Of a stretch of DNA of 64,000 nt, positions 11,221 through 20,267 are shown in pieces. A model generated the notes under the pieces. The model was not told the origin of the DNA, ran no database searches, and saw only the letters and a program-made list of their open reading frames with translations. A program made the translations under genes and the position numbers. This stretch comes from an uncultured Pelagibacteraceae bacterium (lineage in GTDB: Bacteria; Pseudomonadota; Alphaproteobacteria; Pelagibacterales; Pelagibacteraceae), in assembly GCA_902566365.1 (NCBI GenBank), contig CACFIH010000001.1, positions 40,537 to 104,536 on the forward strand, read 5' to 3'. Each line of letters starts with the position of its first letter. Position 1 is the first letter of the stretch.

Positions 11221-11320
11221 TATTACACACAGCAGTAATCGCACTAGTGGGCGAACCCTCGCTGACTAGTGTCGATCTCTTTGTTTCCAAAGACACCGCA
11301 AATTTAATGTTTTTGCGGAA
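11221..11320 (-). ncRNA. Structured 5' leader of ffh (ffh RNA motif type)
   Basis: GC-rich island in AT-rich DNA. CACUAGU/ACUAGUG stem (11242-11248 with 11265-11271) encloses a GGG-UUCG-CCC hairpin; a second stem CCGCAAA/UUUGCGG spans 11296-11318. A structured motif upstream of ffh is known in Pelagibacter and other alphaproteobacteria. Confidence 0.78.
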
Positions 11321-11328
11321 ACTGCCAC

Positions 11329-11356
11329 AAACTATAATAGAGGTTCAAAAAGTCAA
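11329..11356 (-). promoter_or_regulatory. Putative sigma70 promoter for the ffh operon
   Basis: Minus strand TTGACT-N16-TAGTTT, ending just upstream of the structured leader. Confidence 0.5.
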
Positions 11357-11378
11357 TAAATAAGTTAAATAACTATAT

Positions 11379-12203
11379 ATGGACATCAAAGCTTTTAAAA
11401 TGGACGGATTAGGTAATGATTTTGTGATAATCGATAATAGAGAAAAAATTATCAATTTGACGAAAGATCAGATAATTAAAATTTGTGACAGAAATTTTAT
11501 TGGCTGTGATCAACTAATATTTATTGAGCCAGATAGTTCTGCAGATGCTAATTTAAGATTTTTTAATTCAGATGGAGGAGAGTCTGGAGCATGTGGAAAT
11601 GGAACTAGATGTGTTGCAAATTTTATTTCAAATGAAAAAAATAACAAGTCGATAATTTTAAATACGCTATCTGGAAAATTAAAATCTGAAATTTTAGAGA
11701 AAAAAATTGTTACAACAGAAATTGGTAAAGCAAAGTTGAAATGGGATGAAATACCTTTATCACAAGAAATGGATACCAAAAACTTAAATATCAAAATTAT
11801 TGATACAAATAACAATGAGCACTTAGGTGGCACTGCAATTAATGTGGGTAACCCACATATTATTTTTTTTGTTAAAAAGATTGAGGATTTCAATATAGAG
11901 AAAATTGGCCCTGAGATAGAAAATCACGAAATTTTCCCAGAAAAATGTAACGTTACAATTGCGCAAATTTTTAATAAAAATTTGATCAAAGTAAAAGTTT
12001 GGGAGAGAGGAGCTGGTCTTACTAAAGCTTGCGGGACTGCAGCATGTGCTACAGCATATGCGGGTAAATTAAATAATCTTACAGAAAATAAAACTGATAT
12101 AGAGTTTGCCACTGGAAAATTATCAATTTCTATAGATGAAAATGATTCTATTCACATGAAAGGACCTGTTTCAAATATTAAAAAAATAAATATAAAACTG
12201 TAA
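11379..12203 (+). CDS. dapF: Diaminopimelate epimerase
   Basis: GLGNDF, ACGNGTRC, VGNPH, WERGAGLTKACGT. Confidence 0.97.
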   Translation: MDIKAFKMDGLGNDFVIIDNREKIINLTKDQIIKICDRNFIGCDQLIFIEPDSSADANLRFFNSDGGESGACGNGTRCVANFISNEKNNKSIILNTLSGKLKSEILEKKIVTTEIGKAKLKWDEIPLSQEMDTKNLNIKIIDTNNNEHLGGTAINVGNPHIIFFVKKIEDFNIEKIGPEIENHEIFPEKCNVTIAQIFNKNLIKVKVWERGAGLTKACGTAACATAYAGKLNNLTENKTDIEFATGKLSISIDENDSIHMKGPVSNIKKINIKL

Positions 12204-13120
12204 TGGGTATCTTTGATAAATTTAAAATCGGATTTAAGAAAAGTGCATCAGCGTTTACATCTGGACTTAAAGAAATAATAGTCAAAAAAGAAATTAATGA
12301 CGAAAATTTAAATAAAATTGAGGAATTTTTAATTCGATCAGATGTGGGAGTTGAAGCTGCTTCTGAAATAAAGGAAATAATTTCTAGAAAAAAAATTGAT
12401 CCAAATAAAGATCTAACTAAAGAGATAAACTCTATTTTAAAAGAATACATAATTTCTTTGATGAGACCTTTAGAAAATAAATCCTTTTTCCAGAAAAAAG
12501 AAAAGCTTAATGCAACGTTAATTTCTGGGGTGAACGGTGTTGGGAAAACAACAACTCTCGGTAAAATAGGAAAGATATTAAAGAACAACGGCAGTAAAGT
12601 CATATTTGCAGCTTCAGATACATTTCGTGCCGCAGCAATTGAACAACTAGAAAATTGGGCAATTAAAGTAGATGTTAAAATTGTAAAATCATCTCAAGGA
12701 GCCGATCCAGCTTCGGTTGCTTTTAAGGCCGTGGATGAAGCTGTTAAAAATAACTTTGATCAAGTTTTGATAGACACTGCGGGTAGACTGCAAAATAAAA
12801 AAAATTTAATGGAAGAGTATCAAAAGATAGCAAATGTAACAAAAAAAATAGATCCCAGCGCACCTCATAATGTTATTTTAGTTTTAGATGCAACATCAGG
12901 ACAAAATGTATTAAATCAAGTTGAGGAATTTAATAAAATTATCCCAATAACAGGTATAGTAATGACAAAATTAGATGGCACAGCCAAGGGAGGAATTTTG
13001 TTAGCGTTAGCAAAAAAATATGAAATTCCAATTATTGCACTAGGCTTAGGTGAAAAAGAAGATGACTTACAGTTGTTCGAAGCAGAAAAATTTGCTGAGG
13101 CTTTTACTCAAATTAATTGA
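12203..13120 (+). CDS. ftsY: SRP receptor FtsY (NG domain only, no long acidic N-terminus)
   Basis: GVNGVGKTTT, DTFRAAA, DTAGRL, TKLDGTAKGG. Confidence 0.97.
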   Translation: MGIFDKFKIGFKKSASAFTSGLKEIIVKKEINDENLNKIEEFLIRSDVGVEAASEIKEIISRKKIDPNKDLTKEINSILKEYIISLMRPLENKSFFQKKEKLNATLISGVNGVGKTTTLGKIGKILKNNGSKVIFAASDTFRAAAIEQLENWAIKVDVKIVKSSQGADPASVAFKAVDEAVKNNFDQVLIDTAGRLQNKKNLMEEYQKIANVTKKIDPSAPHNVILVLDATSGQNVLNQVEEFNKIIPITGIVMTKLDGTAKGGILLALAKKYEIPIIALGLGEKEDDLQLFEAEKFAEAFTQIN

Positions 13121-13676
13121 TTAAATTGCTTGAGATCAAAGGTTTGTAGATATTACATTTATAATTATCATCAAATTTATAATGACCGCAATCTTTAGAA
13201 AATGAGGAGATTATAAAGTCAAATTTACCGGTCGTAGGATAAAGTTCTAATTTTTTACTTGTAATGTCGTATTTAAAATTAGCATTTAAACTTTTCACAG
13301 CGCTAATCATTACTAATGTTTTATCATCTTTTAATAAATAATATGCAAAATCATCTGGAAACACTGGAAAATCATATTCTTGTAAAAAATATTTGGCTTG
13401 CGAAGGAAACCACTCATAAGAAATTAGAGGTGAAGAGGACTTTGTTAAATGATTATAAATATAAAGATCTTTTGGATAATCATTTATATAATTTTCATTC
13501 TCACCTCTTGCTAAAATAGATTTTTCTCTTCCTTTAAAATATAAGCTAAATTCTTTGTTATGAGAATCCATATGATCTATATGAAATAAATCATCTGGTT
13601 GAAAAAATTCATCTTGTGAATAAAGTTTGGTAATAAAAACAAAGAACACAATAAATAAAACAAATAATCTTTTCAT
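13113..13676 (-). CDS. Hypothetical exported protein
   Basis: 187-aa ORF with a signal-peptide-like N-terminus; no family recognised. Confidence 0.7.
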   Translation of the reverse strand: MKRLFVLFIVFFVFITKLYSQDEFFQPDDLFHIDHMDSHNKEFSLYFKGREKSILARGENENYINDYPKDLYIYNHLTKSSSPLISYEWFPSQAKYFLQEYDFPVFPDDFAYYLLKDDKTLVMISAVKSLNANFKYDITSKKLELYPTTGKFDFIISSFSKDCGHYKFDDNYKCNIYKPLISSNLIN

Positions 13677-13726
13677 TATCTTTTTATTAAATTAATTTCT
13701 TGAAGTATGTTTGTTAAGATTGTGGC

Positions 13727-14545
13727 TTAATTTAAACTTTTTAAAAACGATTTAAGAGCTTTAACAAGGTTTTCATCGTACTCCATCATATGATTGTCAT
13801 ATTTTGTAAAATAAGAATATTTCGGCACATTTGCTTTTTCATACATTTTCTTTCCCATAAAAAATGGAACAATTTGATCAGCTTCACCGTGCATTATTAA
13901 AATTGGAACATTTATATTCTTAATTTTGCTTTTATTATCAAATTTATCTTTCAATAATAAACTTACAGGTACATACGGATAAAAGGTTTTGGCTGCATCA
14001 ATCATAGAAGTAAAAGGAGTTTCCAATACAACGCCAGCAAAATTTTTATTTTGTGACAAATGAGTTGCAACACCAGTTCCTAATGACTCGCCATAAATAA
14101 CAATATTTTCTTCCTTTACACCTTTTTTAACTAGCCAATTTATTCCACTTCTTCCATCTTTATAAAGGCCTTCCTCAGATGGTTTACCTTTATTGCCACT
14201 AAAGCCTCTCCAGGCAATTATTAAAAAATTAACATCCATTTTATGGAAATGGTTTAATTTATGAATTCTATTTTCAAGGGAACCGGCATTTCCGTGAAAA
14301 AATAAAACTGTTTTATATTTTTCTAAGTCTTTTTCATGAAACCAGCCCAATAAATCAATGTTATCCTCCGTCTTAATTTTTACTTTTTCAATAGGGACTG
14401 ATATTTGATCACCAGAATAATTATTTTCATTAGGATGATATAATAAATTTCTCTGATAAAAATATAAAAAAACTAAGATTAAAAAATAGACAAAAATAAC
14501 TATTTGAAAAAATAACAACAAAATATTCCTAAACTTTTTTAACAT
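13727..14545 (-). CDS. Membrane-anchored alpha/beta hydrolase (ABHD13/Bem46-like)
   Basis: N-terminal TM, FHGNAG, YGESLG, HGEADQIVP. Confidence 0.88.
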   Translation of the reverse strand: MLKKFRNILLLFFQIVIFVYFLILVFLYFYQRNLLYHPNENNYSGDQISVPIEKVKIKTEDNIDLLGWFHEKDLEKYKTVLFFHGNAGSLENRIHKLNHFHKMDVNFLIIAWRGFSGNKGKPSEEGLYKDGRSGINWLVKKGVKEENIVIYGESLGTGVATHLSQNKNFAGVVLETPFTSMIDAAKTFYPYVPVSLLLKDKFDNKSKIKNINVPILIMHGEADQIVPFFMGKKMYEKANVPKYSYFTKYDNHMMEYDENLVKALKSFLKSLN

Positions 14546-15434
14546 TTTTTTTCTTTGCTAAGTATATGCCAAAAAACACCAGGATTGTTCCGATGAAATG
14601 ATGATTTTCAAATTTTTCATCAAATAAAAAATAACCATAAATTGCCCCATAGACTGTAAAAACGTAAAGAGTGAAGCCTGTTAAAGATGCACCTAATTTT
14701 TTTTGGGCAACAGTGTAAAGTGTAAAAGCAATTATTCCTGGCGAAATAGCAGCAAAGATTACCCAAAAATAAAATTCAGGCATAAAAACTGTCTGTTTAT
14801 AAAATATTTCCTCACCTATATAGAATGGTAATAAACTTAAAGCTCCAAAAAATGAGATTAAGGTAAATCTTTCAAAAATTTTTAGTTCTGAATTCCAGTA
14901 AAACAAATAAATTGAATATAATGCCCATCCAATAGCGGCAGCTAACATCCATAAATCACCAATTGTGAATTGTAAATTTATTAATAAATTTAAATCTCCT
15001 TTTATAATGATTGTAAAAACTCCTATTAAACATGCGATTAATCCAATTATTTTTGTAAAATTTATTTTTTCATGAAAAAAAAAGTATGAAATCAAAATTA
15101 TGAACACGGGCGAAGATGTGTAAATAATTCCCATATTAGTCACAGTTGTAGTCTCACCTGCTAAAAATGGAAAGGCTCCACATACTCCACATCCCATTGA
15201 GCCTAAAAAGAATAATTTTTTATATTCTTTTTTAATAATCTTTAAATTTTTTTTTAATGTTATGTATGTGAAAGGTAATAATATCAAAAAAACTAGTGTC
15301 CATCTCCAAAAAGCTAATGATATTGGAGGTACAAACTCGACACCACCTCTAGCTACAACAAGATTACTAGCCATAAAAATTGGCTGAATAAATAATAAGG
15401 AAAAAGAAAAAAAATTTTTTTTCGAATTACTCAA
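14529..15434 (-). CDS. DMT/EamA family transporter
   Basis: About 10 TM helices in two EamA-like repeats (PPISLAFWRW). Confidence 0.88.
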   Translation of the reverse strand: MSNSKKNFFSFSLLFIQPIFMASNLVVARGGVEFVPPISLAFWRWTLVFLILLPFTYITLKKNLKIIKKEYKKLFFLGSMGCGVCGAFPFLAGETTTVTNMGIIYTSSPVFIILISYFFFHEKINFTKIIGLIACLIGVFTIIIKGDLNLLINLQFTIGDLWMLAAAIGWALYSIYLFYWNSELKIFERFTLISFFGALSLLPFYIGEEIFYKQTVFMPEFYFWVIFAAISPGIIAFTLYTVAQKKLGASLTGFTLYVFTVYGAIYGYFLFDEKFENHHFIGTILVFFGIYLAKKKNVKKV

Positions 15435-15445
15435 TTTACGATAGA

Positions 15446-15622
15446 TTAACTTTTATCAAAAAATGCTTCGTAAATCATCATTATGATGGCAGCACCCATT
15501 AACAAATAGACCGGTATTACATCTAAAAAACCAATCATCATTGATCTAGTAAGAGTAGTCGCTAGACCAATTAAAAAGAAGACAGCAAATGACAAACCTA
15601 TTATTGTTGTTATTTTATTCAT
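15446..15622 (-). CDS. Small two-TM membrane protein (start at the ATG at 15622)
   Basis: 58-aa hydrophobic ORF filling the gap between the amidase and DMT genes. Confidence 0.65.
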   Translation of the reverse strand: MNKITTIIGLSFAVFFLIGLATTLTRSMMIGFLDVIPVYLLMGAAIIMMIYEAFFDKS

Positions 15623-15626
15623 ACAA

Positions 15627-16955
15627 TTAATCCTGACACTCCTTTTCAAGCCAATTGGCAACACCTAAAAATCTATGATCATCATATTTGTTGCCAATTA
15701 ATTGAACTCCTAATGGTAGATTATTTTCACCCTCAAGTAAAGGCAGTGATATGCAAGGGGTACCTAGATAAGACCAGACTTTGTTAAATTCTGCTGTTCC
15801 AGTACTCTTTAATCCTTTAGGTGCAACACCTGGACTAGATGGCGATAATACTCCATGATAGTCTTCAAATACTTCTTCGTAAGACTCATAACTTCTTTTC
15901 ATAAAATCAATTGCCTCGGCGTATTCTTTTGCGGTGTATTTATTTCCATTTGAAATAGCATCCTGCATATACTTTGAAAGTTTCTTTTTAAATTTTTGAA
16001 AATAAACAGAAAAATTGTTTGCTAAGTCTGTTTCATGAATAATTTGGTGATATTTGTGTATATCCTTAAAATATGAGGGAGTATCGAATATCTCAATATT
16101 TTTTTTAAAGGATTTAATAAAATATTCAAAAGACTCTCGTGATTTTTTATCAATTATTTTCCAATGATCAGTTTTATAAAAAATAAACTTAGGCTCAAAA
16201 ATTGGGCCTTTCTTAGTTTCAGTTAAAATATTTTCTGTAGAGTAATGAATCGTAGCTGGATCATATTTATCTTTCTTTATCAATATCTTTGCTAACATAG
16301 CTACATCTTCAACTTTACGTCCAAACATACCAATTTGATCTAAGCTGTATGAGGTTCTTAGAACTCCGTTTCTTGAAATAAGTCCATAGCTTGGTTTATA
16401 ACCAACAACACCACAATAAGATGCTGGTCTAATTACAGAACCTCCTGTTTGAGAGCCGATAGAGGCTGGTGCCATAAAGGAAGCAACCGTAGCTGCTGAT
16501 CCACTAGATGAACCCCCCGGTGTTCTATCTTTATCGTGCGGATTAGTTGTTTCAGGAGGTCCTAAGTAGGCAAGTTCTGAGGTTGCTGTTTTGCCCATAA
16601 CAATTGCTCCTGATGCATGAAGCAAATCAATTATTTCAGCATTTTGAGAATATGATTTTCCTTTCCTGATTACAGTTCCACACTCTGTGGGCATATCAAC
16701 AGTTCCAATAATATCTTTAACTGCTATTGGCACTCCATGCAGTGGTCCTACTGGTTTTCCTGATCTTCTATGATCATCAGCCTCAGTTGCTTTTTCTAAT
16801 AAAACTTTTTTGTCAAAATGTGCCCAGGCTTTTACATCTTTTTCAAATTTATCTATTCGTTCAATATATTTTTCACAAACTTCAACTGATGTAAGTTGGG
16901 CATCTTTTATCTTTTTTGCTAGTTCCTCAAGACTTAAAGAAAATATATCTGTCAT
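15627..16955 (-). CDS. Amidase-signature family enzyme
   Basis: VKD Lys, GGSSSGS, GSQTGGSVIRPAS (intact Ser-cisSer-Lys triad). Confidence 0.93.
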   Translation of the reverse strand: MTDIFSLSLEELAKKIKDAQLTSVEVCEKYIERIDKFEKDVKAWAHFDKKVLLEKATEADDHRRSGKPVGPLHGVPIAVKDIIGTVDMPTECGTVIRKGKSYSQNAEIIDLLHASGAIVMGKTATSELAYLGPPETTNPHDKDRTPGGSSSGSAATVASFMAPASIGSQTGGSVIRPASYCGVVGYKPSYGLISRNGVLRTSYSLDQIGMFGRKVEDVAMLAKILIKKDKYDPATIHYSTENILTETKKGPIFEPKFIFYKTDHWKIIDKKSRESFEYFIKSFKKNIEIFDTPSYFKDIHKYHQIIHETDLANNFSVYFQKFKKKLSKYMQDAISNGNKYTAKEYAEAIDFMKRSYESYEEVFEDYHGVLSPSSPGVAPKGLKSTGTAEFNKVWSYLGTPCISLPLLEGENNLPLGVQLIGNKYDDHRFLGVANWLEKECQD

Positions 16956-16961
16956 TTAAAA

Positions 16962-18323
16962 TTAATTTGCAAATAATGTCTCTGGTAACCAAAGTGCTAT
17001 TCCTGGGAATAAATACATCAGAACCATCGCTAAAATTACAATTCCTAAGAAAGGCATTATCCCTCCAAAAATTTCCATAAGTTCAACATTCCTTGATTGA
17101 ACTCCTTTCAAATAATAAGCTGACATTGCCATGGGGGGTGTCAGAAATGAGGTTTGTAAATTTAATGCGATTAACATTGCAAAAAAATATGGATTAACTC
17201 CAAAAAATTCAACCAATGGTAAAAATATCGGCACAAATATGATTAATATCTCGGTCCATTCTAGGGGCCAGCCTAATAAAAATATAATTAATTGGGTAAT
17301 AACTAAAAACTGCCAAGGCTGTAAATTTAAAGATTTGAAAAAATGCTCAAAAACTTCGTGACCACCCAAGTATGAAAATACTGAGGCAAATGTCCAAGAA
17401 CCAATGAACAACCACATAATCATGGCTGTTGTTTTTGCTGTAAGAAAAACTGACTCTTTAAAATTTTTCCATTTAAGTGTTTTATAAAAATATGAAAGCA
17501 CTAATGAGCCAAATGCACCAACAGCGGCTGCCTCTGCTGGGGTTGCTATACCTGCAAGTATTGTTCCCAAAACTAAGATTATTAGTGAGAATAAAGGTAA
17601 GAAAGAAACTAAAACTTCTTTCATAATTACTGCAGTAGGAGGAATCTCTTCTGCTGCAGGTTTTGGTGCTATTGAAGGATTCATCCAAGCCCTAAATACC
17701 GCATATCCGATATAAAGTCCTGCTAACATTAATCCTGGGAAAATTGCAGCTGCAAATAATCGTAAAGGCGACAATTGGGCAATTACAGAATAAACAATCA
17801 ACATAATGCTAGGTGGAATTAAAATTCCTAGACAACCTCCTGAACAAATAATTCCAGATGCAAATTTTTTATCATAACCAGCTTTAATCATTGCTGGCCA
17901 AGCGAGAAGACCCATTAACGTTACTACTGCTCCTATGATACCTGTAGCAGTTGAAAATAGTGCACAAGTAATAAGTGCAGCAACTGCCATTGAAGCTGGA
18001 AGTTTGTGAGATGCTAATCTTATTGCAAAAAATAACTTTGCAACAATCCCAGCTCTCTCAACTAAGTACCCCATAAATAAAAAGAGGGGGACTGCGGTTA
18101 ACACATTGTTATCCATTACAGTATAAGTATTTTGGACAAAGAGTTGAAATATCCTGTTATCAAACAGATGCTCCATCTTAGTCGGATCAAAATATGCGTA
18201 GTATCCAAAACCTAAACCCATTGCCATTAACGTGAAAGCAATAGGAAAACCTAATAAGACGGCAAATAGAAATATTCCCATCATCATAATTGCTACTTCT
18301 GGATTTGTAAGACTAAATAACAT
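16962..18323 (-). CDS. TRAP transporter large permease (DctM)
   Basis: AVPLFLFMG, GCLGILIPPSI, ATPAEAA, SFLTPP. Confidence 0.95.
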   Translation of the reverse strand: MLFSLTNPEVAIMMMGIFLFAVLLGFPIAFTLMAMGLGFGYYAYFDPTKMEHLFDNRIFQLFVQNTYTVMDNNVLTAVPLFLFMGYLVERAGIVAKLFFAIRLASHKLPASMAVAALITCALFSTATGIIGAVVTLMGLLAWPAMIKAGYDKKFASGIICSGGCLGILIPPSIMLIVYSVIAQLSPLRLFAAAIFPGLMLAGLYIGYAVFRAWMNPSIAPKPAAEEIPPTAVIMKEVLVSFLPLFSLIILVLGTILAGIATPAEAAAVGAFGSLVLSYFYKTLKWKNFKESVFLTAKTTAMIMWLFIGSWTFASVFSYLGGHEVFEHFFKSLNLQPWQFLVITQLIIFLLGWPLEWTEILIIFVPIFLPLVEFFGVNPYFFAMLIALNLQTSFLTPPMAMSAYYLKGVQSRNVELMEIFGGIMPFLGIVILAMVLMYLFPGIALWLPETLFAN

Positions 18324-18906
18324 CTTCTTTGTTTCCTTCTTGTGAAGTTCTCATTAATACTTTTTCAGTTTCCTCAGCATCACGCTCTGTTCCTCTTTCA
18401 GGCCAACTACCTGTTTGAATACAAATGATACATCTAAATACCTCACCAATTCCTTGAAGTGTTAAAAGTGCTCCAGATAATGGTATTAAAGATTTTGCCA
18501 TATAAATTTGAATTTGTGCAGGACTATTCCAACTTGTTTCTTTAATTTTCCATGCTAATGCTGCATATTCATAACCATAAAAAGCTAAAGCAATAACGCC
18601 AGGGAAGAAGAAAATAAAATATAAAACAACATCTATCCAAGCTTGCGTTCTCTGAGAAAATAATCTGTATATAACATCTCCTCTAACATGCGCTTCGGTG
18701 CATAAAGTATAAGCTCCTGCCATCATAAAAATTGCACCATACATCTGAAGACTAAAATCGAAATTCCACAAGGTTGGGGCATTCAAAGCATACGCCATAA
18801 AAACTTCATAGCATGTTCCGCCCATCAAAATTACTATACACCACGAGAATGCTTTACCCATCGAGACACTCAAACGATCAGCGAATTTTATGTAAGATCT
18901 CATCAT
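18313..18906 (-). CDS. TRAP transporter small permease (DctQ)
   Basis: 4 TM helices, HVRGDV motif, between DctP and DctM. Confidence 0.93.
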   Translation of the reverse strand: MMRSYIKFADRLSVSMGKAFSWCIVILMGGTCYEVFMAYALNAPTLWNFDFSLQMYGAIFMMAGAYTLCTEAHVRGDVIYRLFSQRTQAWIDVVLYFIFFFPGVIALAFYGYEYAALAWKIKETSWNSPAQIQIYMAKSLIPLSGALLTLQGIGEVFRCIICIQTGSWPERGTERDAEETEKVLMRTSQEGNKEDVI

Positions 18907-18942
18907 AAATATAGACTCTTATTGAATTGTCTTAAATTAATC

Positions 18943-18970
18943 AAATAAAAAAGGGGGCCGAAGCCCCCTC
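18943..18970 (-). terminator. Intrinsic terminator or mRNA-stabilising hairpin after dctP
   Basis: Minus strand AGGGGGC-UUCG-GCCCCCU followed by UUUUUAUUU. Confidence 0.88.
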
Positions 18971-18991
18971 ATTAAAATTTATAAAAGTTAA

Positions 18992-20149
18992 TTATATCTT
19001 AACTTTTCCAATTGGACCAAACTCATTTTCATATGCAAGCTTGTAATTAGGCTGATTCATCAGCAAGTACTTCATTACTCTCTTCGCATAAGCTTTTTGA
19101 GAATCAACAACCTTCTTAAAGAAAGGATCTTTCTTATTAAAGTCACCAATTACTTTGTCCCAACCTTTTAATTGTTGAGCCAAAATCTCATCTGAAGTTT
19201 GGTAAACATTTACTTTATGCTCATTCATTAACTTAGCTAGGTCAGCTGAGTATCTTACTAAAGCTTTAAAGTAGTTATCACTGTTTGCAGCATAAGCAGC
19301 ATTTTTCAATATCGCTTGGTGCGCAGGTGATAAACTATTATATGTTTTTTTGTTAACTGGAATCTCAAACATCTCTTGAGATTGGTGGAAGCTTCCTAAG
19401 TGATAGTGCTTAGAAACGTCTTGCATACCAAATTGAGAGTCTGAAGTTGGGTTGTTAAACTCAGCAGCTTCAATCAAACCAGTTTTCATAGCTGGCTGAA
19501 TTTCACCACCTGGTAATTGTCTAACTACCATTCCCATTGCAGTCAAAACGTTAGTCGCTAGACCAACTGTTCTGTACTTCATACCTTTAACATCAGATAC
19601 TTTTGTTACGTTCTTTTTGAACCAACCAAAAGGCTGTGCTGGCATAGGCATATGGAAAAAACCAATGTAATCGAAACCTACTTTTGCAAGAGTTTCGTCA
19701 TACAGTTTTCTTCCTCCACCATACTCCATCCATCCCATTACTTCTTGAGATGACATACCGTATGAAGGACCAGTTCCAAATAGTGATGCAGCTGGATTTT
19801 TACCATACCAATATGCAGTCACCCAGTGACCCATATCTACTACACCAGAACTTACTGCTTGTCCGATTTCTGAAGTCTTTACGACTGCTCCAACTGGTTG
19901 AAGATCAATCTTAAGTGTACCTCCAGACATCTCATCTACCATTTTGCAGTAGTCACCGGCCATTTCAAAAAAGATGTTTGCTCCACTTGGCCATGCAGCT
20001 TGCATCTTTAAAGTTTTATGACCGCCAGCAGTTGCTATGTTTGGCATTGCAACCGCAGCTGCAGCTACAGCACCAGCTTTAGCAGCAGTTTTAAAGAACT
20101 TACGTCTTGAAGATGTTTTCACCTTCAATGATTTATTTTCTTTTGTCAT
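18992..20149 (-). CDS. TRAP substrate-binding protein (TakP-like DctP) with a Tat signal
   Basis: SRRKFFK twin-arginine signal, MGHWVTAYWYGKNPAA, KYRTVG; AGGAG SD; codon usage typical of highly expressed genes. Confidence 0.92.
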   Translation of the reverse strand: MTKENKSLKVKTSSRRKFFKTAAKAGAVAAAAVAMPNIATAGGHKTLKMQAAWPSGANIFFEMAGDYCKMVDEMSGGTLKIDLQPVGAVVKTSEIGQAVSSGVVDMGHWVTAYWYGKNPAASLFGTGPSYGMSSQEVMGWMEYGGGRKLYDETLAKVGFDYIGFFHMPMPAQPFGWFKKNVTKVSDVKGMKYRTVGLATNVLTAMGMVVRQLPGGEIQPAMKTGLIEAAEFNNPTSDSQFGMQDVSKHYHLGSFHQSQEMFEIPVNKKTYNSLSPAHQAILKNAAYAANSDNYFKALVRYSADLAKLMNEHKVNVYQTSDEILAQQLKGWDKVIGDFNKKDPFFKKVVDSQKAYAKRVMKYLLMNQPNYKLAYENEFGPIGKVKI

Positions 20150-20267
20150 TATTACTCCTATTAAAGTTAATTAACTCATATAATTAAAGCATAGAATGAC
20201 ATTAGAGTCTTTCTAAAAAGAAACTGATATGTCGCAGAAATATAATTTTTTACAATCTGTGGTAGAA

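Noticed and set aside
11154-11363. 69-aa plus-strand ORF across the ffh leader, and the extended ffh start at 11244
   Set aside because: The region is better explained by RNA structure and a promoter; the conserved Ffh N-terminus begins at 11217.
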